From assembly GCF_022808645.1 (NCBI RefSeq), contig NZ_JAKZKT010000002.1, positions 165,478 through 189,477 of the forward strand: a stretch of DNA of 24,000 nt. Direction: 5' to 3'. This document shows, piece after piece, positions 21,671 to 24,000 of the stretch (position 1 is the first letter of the stretch; every line of letters starts with the position of its first letter). Position numbers and translations under genes: made by a program. Source of the stretch: Bacillus litorisediminis. GTDB lineage: Bacteria; Bacillota; Bacilli; Bacillales; JC228. The notes below the pieces were generated by a model that saw nothing but the letters and a program-made list of their open reading frames with translations, ran no database searches and was not told the origin of the DNA.

Positions 21671-22801
21671 GTGAAACGATTGGTTCTATTCATTATGATT
21701 TTGCTTATTGGATACGTGTCAAAGCCGTTATGGGAAGAGCCAGTTCAGCAGCTTGTCCCCTCCTCTCGGGATTCTATCCGTTCTGCAGTTGATTTCTTAA
21801 GAGAAAATCCAGAAATCAACTTTGCGTTAGACGCGCTTAATCAGCAATTAAATTCATTCACTGAGTCATTTGACAATGTGCCAACAAATTCTAAAGATAC
21901 AAATACGGAAATACCAGCATTAACAGTACCTGAAAATCAACTATTTTCGATTCATAATATTGAATTGGGTGATTCAAGAACAGATGTTGAGCAGGTAATG
22001 GGCAAACCGAAGAGGACTTCGAAAAATGAATATGGTGTCAGCTGGGAAGCTTATCATGAAAACTATCATAATTTTATGATGGTAGCTTATGATGAAAATA
22101 ATATCGTTCGCGGTCTTTATACCAATCAAGATTTGATTGCCTCTACAACAGGAATAAAACGGGGAACCCCTAAACAATTAGTTCAGGAGCATCTTGGTAC
22201 ACCGGAATCAATCATGAGAAAAGGTTTGATCAATTATCAGATTAATAGTAATGGAGAATATGATGTATTTCTGATCGATAGCAGCTATGTCACGATTTTT
22301 TATGATAAACACAAAAATCATACAGTTACAGCCATTCAAGTTATCGATGAACAATTGGAACAAAGCAAAAACGCTTTTTATGCCAGCCCAAGCCAAGAAC
22401 TAAAAGAAGGATTTGAATATCAGTTGTTTGATTTAACGAACGCAACTAGAGTAAATCACAATCTCCCCATATTAACATGGGATGATCATGTAAGAGAAAC
22501 GGCGCGGGATCATAGCCTGGATATGGCAGAAAATCAATACTTCAGCCATACCAATTTAGAAGGGGAGTCACCATTTGATCGAATGGAGGAAGATAGTATC
22601 CGCTTTATGACGGCAGGCGAAAACCTGGCGTTCGGTCAGTTCAGCAGTATCTTTGCTCACGAAGGGCTGATGAATTCCTTAGGACACAGAGAAAACATTC
22701 TCCAGGAAAGCTATGAGTATCTAGGGGTTGGAGTGGCATTTAGCAATGAGTCACAGCCTTATTATACGGAAATGTTTTATAGTGATTCACCGTTTAAATA
22801 G
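21671..22801 (+). CDS. Secreted or membrane-anchored CAP/SCP (PR-1-like) domain protein with a CAP-associated N-terminal domain (YkwD/YlbC-like).
   Basis: N-terminal hydrophobic anchor (LVLFIMILLIGYV). C-terminal CAP domain (LTNATRVNHNLPILTWDD, FSHTN, GENLAFG, HEGLMNSLGHRENIL). GTG start 5 nt after GGAGGTG. Confidence 0.85.
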   Translation: MKRLVLFIMILLIGYVSKPLWEEPVQQLVPSSRDSIRSAVDFLRENPEINFALDALNQQLNSFTESFDNVPTNSKDTNTEIPALTVPENQLFSIHNIELGDSRTDVEQVMGKPKRTSKNEYGVSWEAYHENYHNFMMVAYDENNIVRGLYTNQDLIASTTGIKRGTPKQLVQEHLGTPESIMRKGLINYQINSNGEYDVFLIDSSYVTIFYDKHKNHTVTAIQVIDEQLEQSKNAFYASPSQELKEGFEYQLFDLTNATRVNHNLPILTWDDHVRETARDHSLDMAENQYFSHTNLEGESPFDRMEEDSIRFMTAGENLAFGQFSSIFAHEGLMNSLGHRENILQESYEYLGVGVAFSNESQPYYTEMFYSDSPFK

Positions 22802-22872
22802 AAATCTGATTAAAATAAAAACCCGCTATCTGAGATAAGTATTGAGGTTGAGTTATGATGGATTTAAATGAA

Positions 22873-22915
22873 AAAAGGTCTAACTTCCTATTCAGCAGGT
22901 TAGACCTTTTGCCTT
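22873..22915. terminator. Terminator after the CAP-domain gene.
   Basis: AAAAGGTCTAAC ... GTTAGACCTTTT, 12 bp arms with a 14 nt loop. Confidence 0.55.
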
Positions 22916-22972
22916 TCAATTCTTAAACAGTTTCATACATAAATATCCGGTCTATTTGAATGTGCATAGGAT

Positions 22973-23002
22973 TTGTGAATGAAAAAAATAATGGACTATA
23001 AT
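22973..23002 (+). promoter_or_regulatory. Possible promoter of the YitT-family gene.
   Basis: -35 TTGTGA, 18 bp spacer, -10 TATAAT (22997-23002). Confidence 0.35.
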
Positions 23003-23136
23003 AAACAAGTGTATATATAACTACTACATAACATATCGGCCCTCTTATCTAGCTGAACAAATTCTATGCTTCATCACGGCAAATGAGCATAGTTTGGAAA
23101 GAGATAAGATGAAATTTTATGAGACGAGGAAATTGC

Positions 23137-24000
23137 ATGGGAAAACAAAAACACAGAAAACTTAGAAAGATTTTACGGGCATTATTGATTATTATTGGAG
23201 GCTTTATCACAGCATATGGGCTGGAAGCAGTGTTGATCCCAAACCACGTATCAGACGGTGGTGTGACCGGTCTGAGTATCGTGGGTTCACAGTTATTTGG
23301 TTTGCCTCTAGGGCTTTTAATTGCGATTCTGAATGTCCCCTTTGTTTTTCTAGGATATCAGCAAATCGGTAAAAGTTTTGCCATTTATTCGGTGATTGGG
23401 ATTATTTCACTGGCTGCTGGTACTATGCTTATGCATCATGTACCAACCATTATCGAAGGAGATACATTGTTAGTAACGGTTGTTGGCGGTATCATTATCG
23501 GTTTTGGGATGGGGCTCGCATTACGTAATGGCGGTGCCCTGGATGGAATCGATATGTTAGCTGTTCTTCTTTCCAGAAAATTACCTTTTGGAACAAGTGA
23601 TTTTATACTTTTTTTAAACGTGTTTGTCTTTATTGTGGTGTCAACCGTTTTCGGTCTTCAAGGGGCTATTCTCTCCGCAATCGCTTACTATATTGCTTCA
23701 AAAGTGATTCACATTGTTGAAGAAGGTTTAAGCGGTTCTAGAACCTTTAAAATTATTACGACTCAACCGGAGGTAATGGTAGAAACCATTCGTGACCGAT
23801 TAGGGCGGAGCGCCACCTATAATCTTGTGCTAGGCGGCTATTCGCATGAACAATTCAAAGAAATTACTTGTGTCATTAACCGTTTAGAGGAAAGCAAAAT
23901 GAAAGAAATCATTGAAGAAATTGACCCGGAAGCTTTTGTAACTGTCTATGACGTTGCTGAAGTGAGAGGCGGTAACTTTAAAAAGCGGAATATTCATTAA
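23137..24000 (+). CDS. YitT-family membrane protein (DUF161 membrane repeats plus a C-terminal DUF2179 domain).
   Basis: GGFITAYGLEAVLIPNHVSDGGVTGLSI, GGALDGIDMLA, and C-terminal FVTVYDVAEVRGGNF. The ATG at 23137 follows GAGGAA. The listed ATG at 23119 has no RBS. TAA at 23998-24000. Confidence 0.85.
   Translation: MGKQKHRKLRKILRALLIIIGGFITAYGLEAVLIPNHVSDGGVTGLSIVGSQLFGLPLGLLIAILNVPFVFLGYQQIGKSFAIYSVIGIISLAAGTMLMHHVPTIIEGDTLLVTVVGGIIIGFGMGLALRNGGALDGIDMLAVLLSRKLPFGTSDFILFLNVFVFIVVSTVFGLQGAILSAIAYYIASKVIHIVEEGLSGSRTFKIITTQPEVMVETIRDRLGRSATYNLVLGGYSHEQFKEITCVINRLEESKMKEIIEEIDPEAFVTVYDVAEVRGGNFKKRNIH

Noticed and set aside
22853-22924. Short ORF MMDLNEKRSNFLFSRLDLLPFNS.
   Set aside because: It spans the terminator hairpin of the CAP-domain gene and has no RBS.

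Overview
AT-rich chromosomal window that looks Bacillaceae-like (low-GC Firmicutes), judged from AGGAGG-type ribosome binding sites, TTG/GTG starts, stem-loop plus U-tract terminators and gene content. It is mostly metabolic and accessory genes with no obvious mobile element, CRISPR array, rRNA or tRNA. In order: (1) the 3' part of a peptide ABC transporter operon (OppC-type permease, then OppD- and OppF-type ATPases). A ~380 bp array of phased 20-21 bp tandem repeats splits it between the permease and the ATPases. (2) On the minus strand, an operon controlled by a TPP riboswitch: FabG-like SDR, thiM, thiD, thiE. (3) A VOC/glyoxalase gene, an ECF sigma factor with a fused C-terminal domain, and an orphan phi-LC3-type holin. 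(4) A copper island: csoR, a CPGC thioredoxin, copZ, and a membrane-anchored His-rich protein with a duplicated domain. It carries four or five CsoR-type inverted-repeat boxes, and no CopA ATPase is in view. (5) A frameshifted SAM methyltransferase preceded by a small membrane ORF. (6) hflX behind a ~350 nt leader with a strong promoter, two short uORFs and two intrinsic terminators. (7) A small W-Q-x-I-G repeat protein interrupted by an in-frame TAA. (8) A complete Firmicute counterpart of the uncharacterised E. coli sgc cluster (DeoR regulator, SgcQ/BtpA, Gat-family PTS IIB, IIC and IIA, Rpe-like epimerase, M42 enzyme) plus a Cof-type HAD phosphatase. (9) A decayed VOC gene remnant, a CAP-domain protein and a YitT-family membrane protein. 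The best candidates for new biology are the sgc-like PTS pathway of unknown substrate, the hflX tandem-attenuator leader, the copper regulon without an ATPase, and the phased repeat array inside the opp operon. All calls come from reading the sequence and the ORF track. No database search was run.
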